Shown piece after piece: positions 38,556-47,722 of a stretch of DNA of 64,000 nt. The DNA is from SAR202 cluster bacterium (GTDB lineage: Bacteria; Chloroflexota; Dehalococcoidia; UBA6926; VFHL01): positions 87,966-151,965 of the forward strand of contig VFHL01000001.1 of the NCBI GenBank assembly GCA_009392005.1. Direction: 5' to 3'. Under the pieces are notes generated by a model, which searched no databases, was not told where the DNA came from, and saw only the letters and a list, made by a program, of their open reading frames with translations. The translations under genes were made by a program, and so were the position numbers. How positions within the stretch are numbered: the stretch's first letter is position 1; each line of letters begins with the position of its first letter.

Positions 38556-38654
38556 TCTCTGGATTCAACGTTGTTTCATCTTCAAATTTGGTCTAAGCCC
38601 ATCTTGGTCTGATTTTCTTGTCTCATGGAGTCGATTTTTTCTCGTCTGATAAGA

Positions 38655-41078
38655 TCAATCGTTGTTTAATAGCACTTGGCGTCTTTTCCGCATGACGTAA
38701 ACTAAGATCGTAATCACACTACCAACGAGCATGCCCACTGAGCCAAACAAAAACATATCGCTGGTTATACGCGTGTTTGAAGTATTGTTTTCTGAATCTG
38801 GCGTCATGGTATCTTGCTTGCTGAGATCGTCAGCATATGGACCTGGTGTTGCTTGGGGCGCTCCTAATTGTGCGAGCATCTGATCTTGTTTCTGCCTTAT
38901 GTTGTCAAAACCAAATTCCATGAAGAAGGAAGCGGTTGCGAAATTCCCAGAGTTGTCGAAAACATCAATATTATGTGATCCTTCACCTGAAATTGGTACG
39001 AATATTTCTGTTGTCATTTGACCTTTTTGATCTGTCAACGCTGATTGAACGGTAACACCTCCTACCCTCACAAAATAGGTCATGTCAGGTTGGAAATTGA
39101 AACCCTGTATTGTAATGGATTCCCCGCCGGGTCCCGCGGGTGGGCTAATGAATACTTCTGGGGATTGGATGGGGCGTTTACGTGTGAAGCCAATTTTTTG
39201 ATTGATTGGACCGTATTCACCGAGCCTGGTATCAGCCCATACCATGTATACATCATCGGTCGACGCAGCTATTGAGAAGTAATCGCCAATAAATTGCCCG
39301 TTGGGGAATCCTTTATTTGCGTTTGATGGGAAGTCAGTTACTCGCGTATCAAGGGTTTTCAAGTTCAGTTCTGGGATCTCGAATCCCCATGTATTACCTT
39401 GGTCCGATGAAGTTGAATAATAGATGTGATATCGTGTTTCCGATGGATCGTCTCTCATATCACCCCACATTAAGTGGAGGTCACCATTGGGAGATGTCGT
39501 TATTGAGGGAAAAAATTGAAGACGATTTGTATCATCTCCATTAATCCGTCTTGGTCTTTGCCACTTAGCACCTCCATCGAGCGATGCGACGACGTAAACG
39601 TCACCATCATCTAATAGTTTGTCAGGTGGGAGCGCTACATAAGCTACGTATATTTCATCATCGGTACCGACGGCTATTTGCGGGAAAACGGAACCCCAGT
39701 ACCTGAAATTTGCGGTACGTGGTGAAAAGTTTGGTTCTTTGAAGATCGAAGCAAGTGAGGGATCCTGAAAGGAGTTCCCACCATTGATTGATCTTGCAAC
39801 ATAGATTTCACCTAATCCCATTTGTGAGTCGTCATCCGTGGTATCTAACCATGCCACGTAAACGGTTCCGTCTTTTCCGACTACCGGTTGTGCACCTTGA
39901 ACAATACGACGTTTAGCCGCCCCGCTTTCTCCGCTTTCGCTTGCACGTTCTCCGTATTCAAGGTAGACAGTAGGGCTTACATTGATTGGTTCGCTCCAGG
40001 TTAACCCACCATCTTCGGAATGAACGGATCTGATTGTGGTTTGCAGTCTTGGCGCGCCTAAAATGGGTTGCTCTCCCACATAAAATATTTGAGTGATCTG
40101 TTCAAAATCTGTGTACGTTATGTACAAATTGTCTTTTTCAGGATTTGATGGGTTTGGGCCAATTGCGAGCCATGGTTTGTCAAGAAATGAAATTTTCACT
40201 TCCCCACGCGGTAACCCATCTTCGTCTAGTACGAGGACAGGTGGTGGGATTCCGCTGCGGGCAGTGTCAACAGGTTCTTTCCAATTGAATCCACCATCCT
40301 CGGATTTTGTTAAGTAAATACTGGAAACATCCATGAACGCAACGAATGGACCAATCGTAAATTCTTCAAAACCTATGGAAATGCCAATTGAATAAACGTT
40401 CCCGTCACGATCAAACGCGACAACCGGATCACCTGCGGCTCCTAAATCATCTCTTACATATCTGTTTTGAAATGGGCCTGACCATCTTTCACCACCATCA
40501 ATGCTGACATAAGATGTGTTGCTGGGGAAACTGTAGTCGACGGTGCTCATTACTAAATGGTCTGGGTCGTTCGGATTAACGGCAATGTGTGGCTCTGTTT
40601 GGAGTGGTGTTCCAAAGTCCCTCGTGATTAACAAATTTCGACTAAATGCGGGAGCTGGATCTCTGAACGGTACTAGCCCACCTCCTACTCCCTGTGATGA
40701 GGGAGAATTTGGAGGTATTGAAGGCGTTGTACGATTATTTTCGCCGTTACCAGTGAAGTCTTCTGCGCCTGCGACACGGTTCTTGATAAGATCTTCTAGA
40801 TTCATTGCAGGGTCTTGATCAGTTAGGGTTAGCCATACTGGTCCGGACATATGTCGAGCAGATTCTCGAAATGTATTCGGAAACTGGAATGTATTAGTTT
40901 CTATTTTTTTCTGGTCTGAGGTATTTGGATCTTTATCTAAATTCATTCTGACGTCTTTGGGAGAGTCATATGCATGTAACAGATTACTGAATAGGAAACC
41001 TGTGAGAAGCACAAGAATTATAGATATGACGAGAGGTATGGTTCCTCTGAACAAGGCTCTACTTTTGGTGATGGCCAT
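38655..41078 (-). CDS. BNR/Asp-box repeat beta-propeller protein (sialidase-superfamily-like), N-terminal signal-anchor and C-terminal TM anchor
   Basis: Six or more S-x-D-x-G-x-(T/S)-(W/F) Asp-boxes: 'SIDGGERW', 'SEDGGFNW', 'SEDGGLTW', 'SINGGNSF', 'SLDGGAKW', 'SSDQGNTW'. C-terminus 'GMLVGSVITILVYVMRKRRQ'. Confidence 0.65.
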   Translation of the reverse strand: MAITKSRALFRGTIPLVISIILVLLTGFLFSNLLHAYDSPKDVRMNLDKDPNTSDQKKIETNTFQFPNTFRESARHMSGPVWLTLTDQDPAMNLEDLIKNRVAGAEDFTGNGENNRTTPSIPPNSPSSQGVGGGLVPFRDPAPAFSRNLLITRDFGTPLQTEPHIAVNPNDPDHLVMSTVDYSFPSNTSYVSIDGGERWSGPFQNRYVRDDLGAAGDPVVAFDRDGNVYSIGISIGFEEFTIGPFVAFMDVSSIYLTKSEDGGFNWKEPVDTARSGIPPPVLVLDEDGLPRGEVKISFLDKPWLAIGPNPSNPEKDNLYITYTDFEQITQIFYVGEQPILGAPRLQTTIRSVHSEDGGLTWSEPINVSPTVYLEYGERASESGESGAAKRRIVQGAQPVVGKDGTVYVAWLDTTDDDSQMGLGEIYVARSINGGNSFQDPSLASIFKEPNFSPRTANFRYWGSVFPQIAVGTDDEIYVAYVALPPDKLLDDGDVYVVASLDGGAKWQRPRRINGDDTNRLQFFPSITTSPNGDLHLMWGDMRDDPSETRYHIYYSTSSDQGNTWGFEIPELNLKTLDTRVTDFPSNANKGFPNGQFIGDYFSIAASTDDVYMVWADTRLGEYGPINQKIGFTRKRPIQSPEVFISPPAGPGGESITIQGFNFQPDMTYFVRVGGVTVQSALTDQKGQMTTEIFVPISGEGSHNIDVFDNSGNFATASFFMEFGFDNIRQKQDQMLAQLGAPQATPGPYADDLSKQDTMTPDSENNTSNTRITSDMFLFGSVGMLVGSVITILVYVMRKRRQVLLNND

Positions 41079-41111
41079 TTTCTGCTTCTTTCATGTGGTT
41101 GTGGTATCGAT

Positions 41112-41786
41112 TCATGAATCGGTTTGTTGAATTATTGCATCCAAACGTAGGATGAGCATAAAGAGCACCTTTTTCTTGAAGTCTTCAATCTCATCTCTAT
41201 ACGTTCCTGCTCCGGTCGTGAAGAAATCTGTCGTCGCTTCCTCTTGGCTGGAAAAGGTCTTCTCTCGCCATGAAAAAAATGCGTCTGATGCATCCAGAAT
41301 ACGGCTAGCTGGTCGTGATAGCGTAGGGTCTGATTGTGTGGCCAAAAGTTTGATGTTCCTCCAGTGTTTCGTCGCATTATTGCGTTCCAGTGGAGGCTCT
41401 TTTCTTATTTCAATTAGAAGTAGTCGATCGTTTGCCAATAGATCTATTGAGTTTCTAATACTTGAGAATACCTGAGATTCATTTTCCTTTTGGGTCAAAA
41501 GTTGTTCTGTCGCCTGGCTTTGAGCGAGCAATCCTTCAAGCATTCCTGTTCGGATCGTGAGCGTTTCTGTTAGAGATGCTAATTCATCTTCAAGTGCTTT
41601 TCTTTCACTTTGCTCTTTAAGTAAGTCAGTCTGAACTTGCGCGAGCTCTTCTTGAATTGTCTCAATAGTTTTTTTGTTTGTTACATCCGCTGATTCTCTC
41701 GACAGAGAGCAGCCACTGAATATAAATAAAGATGCTGCGAAAATGGTAGCAAACCGTAATAAAGCGCAGTGTTTTTTTCTAAGCAT
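41112..41786 (-). CDS. coiled-coil lipoprotein, unknown function
   Basis: Lipobox 'LFIFSGCSL', followed by heptad-rich 'IQEELAQVQTDLLKEQSERKALEDELASLTETL'. Confidence 0.5.
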   Translation of the reverse strand: MLRKKHCALLRFATIFAASLFIFSGCSLSRESADVTNKKTIETIQEELAQVQTDLLKEQSERKALEDELASLTETLTIRTGMLEGLLAQSQATEQLLTQKENESQVFSSIRNSIDLLANDRLLLIEIRKEPPLERNNATKHWRNIKLLATQSDPTLSRPASRILDASDAFFSWREKTFSSQEEATTDFFTTGAGTYRDEIEDFKKKVLFMLILRLDAIIQQTDS

Positions 41787-41942
41787 TTTTGACGATTTCT
41801 ATAAAGATTCTATTAAGAGAAGATAACTGATCGAATTTTTTCTTTCTTGCTAAGTCCGTCTTGTTGTTATTTTCCTCTATAAGCCAATTTTGCAGCCGAA
41901 ATCAAGAATAACATACCTTTGAGTTTATGATATGCGGTTTAC

Positions 41943-42992
41943 CTAGGTTATGTGATTAGGGTCGTTGGGGGATGCATTTGGGTAAAGATGACACGCGACC
42001 GCATGATTATTTTCGGTGACTTCTAGAATTGGAATTGCCATTTCACAAGTGGGCCCCAATTTTTTTAGGCATCTGGGGTTGAAAAGGCACCCATTTGGAA
42101 GAGACAGTGGATCAGGTGGGTCACCTGTCACGACCGGCCTTTCGTGGAAGCGGTTATTTGGATCAGGTTCGGGTATAGCTGCTATCAGGCCTTGAGTGTA
42201 TGGGTGCAGAGGATTTTGTACAATCTGCTTTGGTGTGCCCAACTCGACAATTTTCCCCATATACATCACAGCTATCTTGTCTGCAAAATGTTGAGCAGTT
42301 GCAATGTCATGCGTAATGTATAGGAATGTTATTCCATGAATGTGTTGTAGGTTCTTTAGGAGGTTAATTATCTCCATGCGGCTCGACGCGTCCACCATTG
42401 AAATTGCTTCATCAGCGACGATATAGTCAGGCCGAAGTACTATGGATCGGGCAATACTGACTCGTTGGCGCTGGCCACCCGATAATGAGTGAGGGTATGA
42501 GCTTCCAATCAAATCTGGTGGTGTGAGCCTGACATCATTTAGTGCTTCATAAACCAACCTCCTTCGCTCAGATGAATCTCCGACATCGTGAATCAAGAGA
42601 GGCTCTTCTATGGATTGGAAGATTGTCATGCTGGGATTGATGCTTGCATACGGGTCTTGGAAAATCTCTTGGGCGCGTCTTCGGAAAGGTTTCAGTTTGG
42701 ATTGAGATGTTTTGGTAATGTCCTTTCCATCAAAAAGTAAGGTCCCTGCTACGGGATCTAGTAGGCGTAGCGTAGCTTTTCCTAAAGTCGTTTTTCCGCT
42801 TCCAGACTCTCCCACTAAAGCCGTTGTTTCCCCTTGAGGTATATTAAGGGTTACGTCATTTACGGCGTATAAGGGTGTTTTGCGAAATAATCCAGTTCGA
42901 ACCGTGTATTGAATTTGCAGTTTCTTGATCTGCACTAAAGTTGAAGATGAGCTTGATACAGTTTCGTTGTAACCCTTTTTGGTTTCATGCAT
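41943..42992 (-). CDS. peptide/nickel-type ABC transporter ATP-binding protein (OppF/DppF-like)
   Basis: Walker A 'GESGSGKTT', signature 'LSGGQRQR', Walker B 'YIVADEAISMVD', 'HPYTQGL' C-terminal motif. Confidence 0.85.
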   Translation of the reverse strand: MHETKKGYNETVSSSSSTLVQIKKLQIQYTVRTGLFRKTPLYAVNDVTLNIPQGETTALVGESGSGKTTLGKATLRLLDPVAGTLLFDGKDITKTSQSKLKPFRRRAQEIFQDPYASINPSMTIFQSIEEPLLIHDVGDSSERRRLVYEALNDVRLTPPDLIGSSYPHSLSGGQRQRVSIARSIVLRPDYIVADEAISMVDASSRMEIINLLKNLQHIHGITFLYITHDIATAQHFADKIAVMYMGKIVELGTPKQIVQNPLHPYTQGLIAAIPEPDPNNRFHERPVVTGDPPDPLSLPNGCLFNPRCLKKLGPTCEMAIPILEVTENNHAVACHLYPNASPNDPNHIT

Positions 42993-43050
42993 TTTGCTAA
43001 CCTCAACAAATCTTCATATCTAAAGATTTTTCATCTGTTTGAATTCGCAT

Positions 43051-43206
43051 CTATTTGTCTTTGTAGATTCTAGGTCCAAAAACGCCGAGTCCACCGAGAA
43101 TAACTGCGGCAAAAAGAAAGTTGTCCTGCCCTGTCCAGATCCCAAGAATTCCGAACATGACGGAAAACAATATTGATAGACTGAAAAGTTGTTGCTTAGA
43201 CACCAT
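43051..43206 (-). CDS. possible small membrane protein (51 aa; not in the provided ORF track because it is under 60 aa)
   Basis: Hand translation: MVSKQQLFSLSILFSVMFGILGIWTGQDNFLFAAVILGGLGVFGPRIYKDK*. Two hydrophobic segments, weak 'aagg' RBS, sits in a 380-nt gap upstream of the OppF-like gene. Confidence 0.3.
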   Translation of the reverse strand: MVSKQQLFSLSILFSVMFGILGIWTGQDNFLFAAVILGGLGVFGPRIYKDK

Positions 43207-43394
43207 GAAAACCTTTACAAAGCTCTTTTTAATGGTCTGAGGAGCTATAATTAAGTGACGATGTTGTGTTTTTGATTTATTTTAATTAGACATCATTGAG
43301 TCTCTTGAGTTTGACCAAGGATATCAGAAGGCTTGTATGAAAAGAATATTGAAATTTTAAGGCACTATTAAATTTGAAAGGGGATATAGCAAAC

Positions 43395-44021
43395 ATGGCG
43401 CCGTCGCTTGAGAGACCAAGTTTTGATCTTGAAGATCAATTGCAACAAGATGGACAATATCCCTTGATTGCAGGAACAGATGAAGTTGGGCGTGGTTCAA
43501 TAGCGGGACCGGTAGCAGCAGCAGCAGTCGTGTTCCCTGCACGGTTTGAATCCGACTGGATACAAGCAGTTGATGATTCAAAAAGATTGACTGCGAGTCA
43601 GCGTGAAAAGCTTGCCCACCTGATCTTGGAAGAATGTTTTGTAGGTCTAAGTTTTGTTTCTCCTCGCACAATAGACTCTATTGGTATCGTTCCTGCTACC
43701 CAACTGGCCATGCGCCGATCTGTCGCCGGTCTCCTTTTCACACCAGATTTTCTACTTGTTGATGGTATGGATTTGCCTGAGGCACCTTGCCCTTCTCGCC
43801 CTGTGATTCATGGCGATAGATTGTCTATTTCAATCGCAGCGGCGTCAATTGTTGCTAAGGTAACCCGTGATCGTTATATGTTGGAGATGGATGTCGTTCA
43901 CCAAGGGTATGCTTTTCGGACCAACAAAGGATACCTAACATCGCAACATCGGGCGGCATTAGATCAACTGGGTCCGACTCCTATCCATCGGTTCAGTTTT
44001 GCACCTGTCCGCAGCAGTTGA
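43395..44021 (+). CDS. rnhB: ribonuclease HII
   Basis: 'IAGTDEVGRGSIAGPVAAAAVVFP' is the canonical RNase HII active-site N-terminus. ATG 43395 preferred over the TTG at 43374. Confidence 0.85.
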   Translation: MAPSLERPSFDLEDQLQQDGQYPLIAGTDEVGRGSIAGPVAAAAVVFPARFESDWIQAVDDSKRLTASQREKLAHLILEECFVGLSFVSPRTIDSIGIVPATQLAMRRSVAGLLFTPDFLLVDGMDLPEAPCPSRPVIHGDRLSISIAAASIVAKVTRDRYMLEMDVVHQGYAFRTNKGYLTSQHRAALDQLGPTPIHRFSFAPVRSS

Positions 44022-44082
44022 TTACAACAATATCCGTTTGAATATTTTTCCGGATGAACGAGTGGCATATAATGTGAGACAT

Positions 44083-45435
44083 ATGAGTGATAACGTGTTT
44101 CGCAATTTGCCAAGCGTGGATCGGGTATTGTCCCACGCATTAGTCGCAGAACTTTCGGTCTCGCGAGAAGTGAAAGTATCTTTGTGTCGTGAGGCGATTA
44201 CTTTTGCACGCGATGTTGCGAGAGAGGGAACGGAGCTATCTCTCGAGGATATAGTGACGCGGGTTAGAGAAAAAGCTGACATGCTAATGCATGTTGGTCT
44301 GGTACGCGTGATTAACGCGACGGGTGTCATTTTGCATACGAACTTAGGTCGCTCTCCTCTCAGCAAAGATGCGTTATCTGCTGTACAGCAGAGTTCTGTA
44401 GGGTATACCGATTTGGAGATGAATTTAGAAGATGGTAAGCGAGGATCACGTTATAGTCACGTTGAAAATTTACTCAAGCAAATCACTGGGGCTGAAGCTG
44501 CAATAGTGGTAAATAACAATGCGTCTGCACTACTACTTGCGCTGGCGTCAGTCGCGCAAAACAAAGAAGTGATTGTGTCAAGAGGGGAATCCGTTGAAAT
44601 TGGGGGGAGATTTAGGATTCCTGATGTTATGCGCGCGAGTGGAGCCTTGTTGAAAGAGATTGGAACGACTAATCGCACCTATGTATCCGACTATGAGGAG
44701 GCGATTAGTGATAATACAGCCGCTTTCCTCAAGGTGCATGCAAGTAATTTTACCCAGGCAGGATTCACGAGTTCAGTGAAGGTTGAAGAATTACTCCCTC
44801 TTGCGAACTCACGTGGTGTGTTCCTCATGAATGATATTGGTTCGGGATGTCTGGTTGATACGGCAAAATATGGCTTGGTTTCAGAACCAACCGTTCAAGA
44901 AAGTGTAGGAGCAGGTGTTTCTTTGACGCTCTTTTCAGGAGACAAGCTGCTTGGTGGTCCCCAAGCCGGTATTGCTGTGGGGACTAAAAAGACGATTGAT
45001 CAGCTGAAAAGCAATCCAATTTCTCGTGCAGTGAGGATTGATAAAATGGATCTTGCTGCATTGGTTGCCACTTTGCGGCATTATTTGGAGGATGAATTTG
45101 AAGAAAAAATACCTGTTTGGCAAATGGTTTCAGCTAGTACGGATGAGCTAAGATTGCGTGCGGAAAAATGGTTGGAATCTGTGCCGAAAGCAGAAATTGT
45201 TGCAGGTGAATCAACTATTGGTGGTGGCAGCCTTCCTGGACAAACGCTGCCAACATATACATTAGCCATTGCAGAATCAAATGCTCAAGGAGGGCTTGAT
45301 CACATTGCGAGTCGGATGAGGCAAGCTAGTCCTCCCGTTATTGGACGTATCGATGATGGGCGATTTCTTCTTGACCCTCGATCCGTCCTTCCGGAAGAGG
45401 ACAATGATGTTGTTCAAGCTTTAGCCCGAGTGTAG
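44083..45435 (+). CDS. selA: L-seryl-tRNA(Sec) selenium transferase (selenocysteine synthase)
   Basis: N-terminal 'FRNLPSVDRVL' and the PLP-lysine motif 'FSGDKLLGGPQAG' are typical of SelA. Start set at 'MSDNVF' (ATG 44083). Confidence 0.8.
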   Translation: MSDNVFRNLPSVDRVLSHALVAELSVSREVKVSLCREAITFARDVAREGTELSLEDIVTRVREKADMLMHVGLVRVINATGVILHTNLGRSPLSKDALSAVQQSSVGYTDLEMNLEDGKRGSRYSHVENLLKQITGAEAAIVVNNNASALLLALASVAQNKEVIVSRGESVEIGGRFRIPDVMRASGALLKEIGTTNRTYVSDYEEAISDNTAAFLKVHASNFTQAGFTSSVKVEELLPLANSRGVFLMNDIGSGCLVDTAKYGLVSEPTVQESVGAGVSLTLFSGDKLLGGPQAGIAVGTKKTIDQLKSNPISRAVRIDKMDLAALVATLRHYLEDEFEEKIPVWQMVSASTDELRLRAEKWLESVPKAEIVAGESTIGGGSLPGQTLPTYTLAIAESNAQGGLDHIASRMRQASPPVIGRIDDGRFLLDPRSVLPEEDNDVVQALARV

Positions 45436-45465
45436 TTTTTCGGGATATCTGTGCAGCGATATCGC

Positions 45466-46221
45466 TTAAATTACGATACCGCCGTCGACGTTAAGGGTTT
45501 GACCTGTGATGTATGTTGACCTTTGTCCCGCCAGAAACGCTACGGCGTCAGCAATCTCTTCTGGTTGCCCACGGCGCTTCATAGGAATCATTGAGGTAAG
45601 GTAGTCTTTGGTTTCATCGGGGAGGTTTTCTGTTACGTCAGTGACGATGTAGCCAGGCGCGACCATATTCACAGTTATGTTACGGGGAGCTAATTCCTTC
45701 GCTACGCTTCGTGTGAAACCAATTAAGCCGGCTTTGGCTGCTGCGTAATTGGATTGGCCTGGATTGCCTGCTAAGCCCACTACGGATCCTATATTGATGA
45801 TTCTGCCCCAACGCTGTTTGATCATCGAACGTGCGGCTAGGCGTGTTGTCAGAAATACGCCCTTCAAGTCTATATTCATCACATAATCCCAGTCGTCTTC
45901 TGACATACGGATAATTAAGTTGTCTTTAATCACTCCGGAGTTATTGACCAGTACATCAATCTTCTCCCAAGAATCAATTACTGTTGTGATCATTGCCTCA
46001 ACGTCTTCTGCTACTCCAATGTTGGCTTGAACGATCATTGCGTTTTGGCCATTGTCACGAATTTCGTTAGCCGTTTTCTCTGCGCCGTCCCTACTCTCAT
46101 TGTAATGAATCACAACGCTGGCACCTTTGCTTGCGAGTGCGAGTGCGACTGAACGCCCGATCCCGCGACCTGCTCCTGTCACCAAGGCAATACGCCCCGT
46201 AAGCTCTTCAGATGCTTCCAC
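45466..46221 (-). CDS. fabG: 3-oxoacyl-[ACP] reductase
   Basis: 'GRIALVTGAGRGIGRSVA', 'NNSGV', 'YAAAKAGLIGFTRSVAKE' classic SDR motifs. Confidence 0.85.
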   Translation of the reverse strand: MEASEELTGRIALVTGAGRGIGRSVALALASKGASVVIHYNESRDGAEKTANEIRDNGQNAMIVQANIGVAEDVEAMITTVIDSWEKIDVLVNNSGVIKDNLIIRMSEDDWDYVMNIDLKGVFLTTRLAARSMIKQRWGRIINIGSVVGLAGNPGQSNYAAAKAGLIGFTRSVAKELAPRNITVNMVAPGYIVTDVTENLPDETKDYLTSMIPMKRRGQPEEIADAVAFLAGQRSTYITGQTLNVDGGIVI

Positions 46222-46238
46222 GATTGCTGACTCCTGTT

Positions 46239-47261
46239 CTACTGAGTGCTTTCCCTTAGGTGTGTGAATTCTTGTTTGATTCCAGAGATAAGATCGCGTT
46301 TCACCACCATAGCAGCTGTTTGAATTGCTGCGTGAACCTGCTTTGCTTTTCCTCGGCCGTGTCCAACAATGCTAACACCATCAATCCCCCATAGAGGAGT
46401 TCCATAAGTGTTGAGGAGATCTAATTTTGAAATCACGTTCTCTTTCAACTGATCAAGTTGGTTAGCAGGTAACTTTTCTGTAAGTTGGTCGTGCAAGTAG
46501 TCCGCCATAGCGTAACCCATGCCCTCAGAGAACTTGAGCAATATATTCCCAACAAAACCATCCGCAAGAACGATATTAGCTTTCCCTGAAAAATATTCGT
46601 GTGCTTCGATATTACCGATGAAATTATAACCACTACTTGATAGCAAAGGGAAAACTTCTTTCACTTGGCGATTTCCTTTTGCTTCTTCTTCACCTACGTT
46701 CATTAGCGCAATTGTAGGATTTGAGAGCCCAAGGTATTCTCGGCAGAAAGCAACCCCGATTGCAGCAAACTCTAAGAAAAGTCGAGGCTTACTGTCTACA
46801 TTGACACCGAGGTCCCAAAGTGTTGTCTCGGGAGCGAGATTGATAACAGGCCCTCCAAGTATAGGGCGCTCAATTCCTTCTATCATTCCTAGTAGTTGAA
46901 TGGCGGAGATCATGGTAGCACCTGTAGGCCCCATACTTACGAAAGCATCTGCGGTACCTTTTTGTACTAAAGAAGCTGCTACATTGACGGATGCTTTAGG
47001 TTTTTTTCGGAGCGCGAGAATCGGTTGTTCAGTTTCTCCTATTGAGCCTTCGGATGGAACAAATTGTAGTGGTAGACCGGATATGTCTAAATTTTGCAAG
47101 AGTGGTTGTACTTGGTCAGGTGACCCAACAAGAAATATGTTTGTCCCCTCTTTCGCGGACTCAACAGCTCCTAAAACAACCTCTTCGGGCGCATTGTCGC
47201 CGCCCATTGCATCGACAGCCACATTGATGGGTTTGTCAGCCTCAGAAGAACTATTTGTCAT
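46239..47261 (-). CDS. plsX: phosphate acyltransferase PlsX
   Basis: 'INVAVDAMGGDNAPEEVVLGAVE' is the canonical PlsX N-terminus. Confidence 0.9.
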   Translation of the reverse strand: MTNSSSEADKPINVAVDAMGGDNAPEEVVLGAVESAKEGTNIFLVGSPDQVQPLLQNLDISGLPLQFVPSEGSIGETEQPILALRKKPKASVNVAASLVQKGTADAFVSMGPTGATMISAIQLLGMIEGIERPILGGPVINLAPETTLWDLGVNVDSKPRLFLEFAAIGVAFCREYLGLSNPTIALMNVGEEEAKGNRQVKEVFPLLSSSGYNFIGNIEAHEYFSGKANIVLADGFVGNILLKFSEGMGYAMADYLHDQLTEKLPANQLDQLKENVISKLDLLNTYGTPLWGIDGVSIVGHGRGKAKQVHAAIQTAAMVVKRDLISGIKQEFTHLRESTQ

Positions 47262-47317
47262 TGTTCTTATCCCTTTTCGTTCTAACTCGCACTATTCTGA
47301 TACCATCCTTTGATTCT

Positions 47318-47722
47318 TCACGATGTTGTGCTCTTTGTGTTTCCTTCACCGGTGATCAAAATAGTGCCAATTTGATTCCGGCATTCTAAAGCACATTGCG
47401 TTGTCTTGGTGCCGTCCTTTTCTTGGATCGCGGATACTTTACCAGTTATGGTGATGGTGTCACCTGGGTGAGCAGCCCCTCTAAATCTAACACGGAGCTT
47501 TCCGGATTCCGCCCAATCATGTCCAAACGTGTTACTCATCAATTCTGACAGGAATCCGAGAAGCAACATGCCATGAGCGATCGTTCCATTGAATGGAGTC
47601 GTTTGAGCAAAAGACTCGTCCAAATGAATAGGATTGAAATCTCCTGATGCTTCTGCATATTTTGCTATGTTATCCTGCGTAATATTTTTTGTCAGAATTG
47701 ATAGCGCGTCACCTTCCTTCAT
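47318..47722 (-). CDS. MaoC-like (hotdog fold) dehydratase, C-terminal-type subunit
   Basis: 'YAEASGDFNPIHLDESFAQTTPFNGTIAHGM' is the MaoC hydratase motif. ATGA overlap with the upstream hotdog gene. Confidence 0.7.
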   Translation of the reverse strand: MKEGDALSILTKNITQDNIAKYAEASGDFNPIHLDESFAQTTPFNGTIAHGMLLLGFLSELMSNTFGHDWAESGKLRVRFRGAAHPGDTITITGKVSAIQEKDGTKTTQCALECRNQIGTILITGEGNTKSTTS

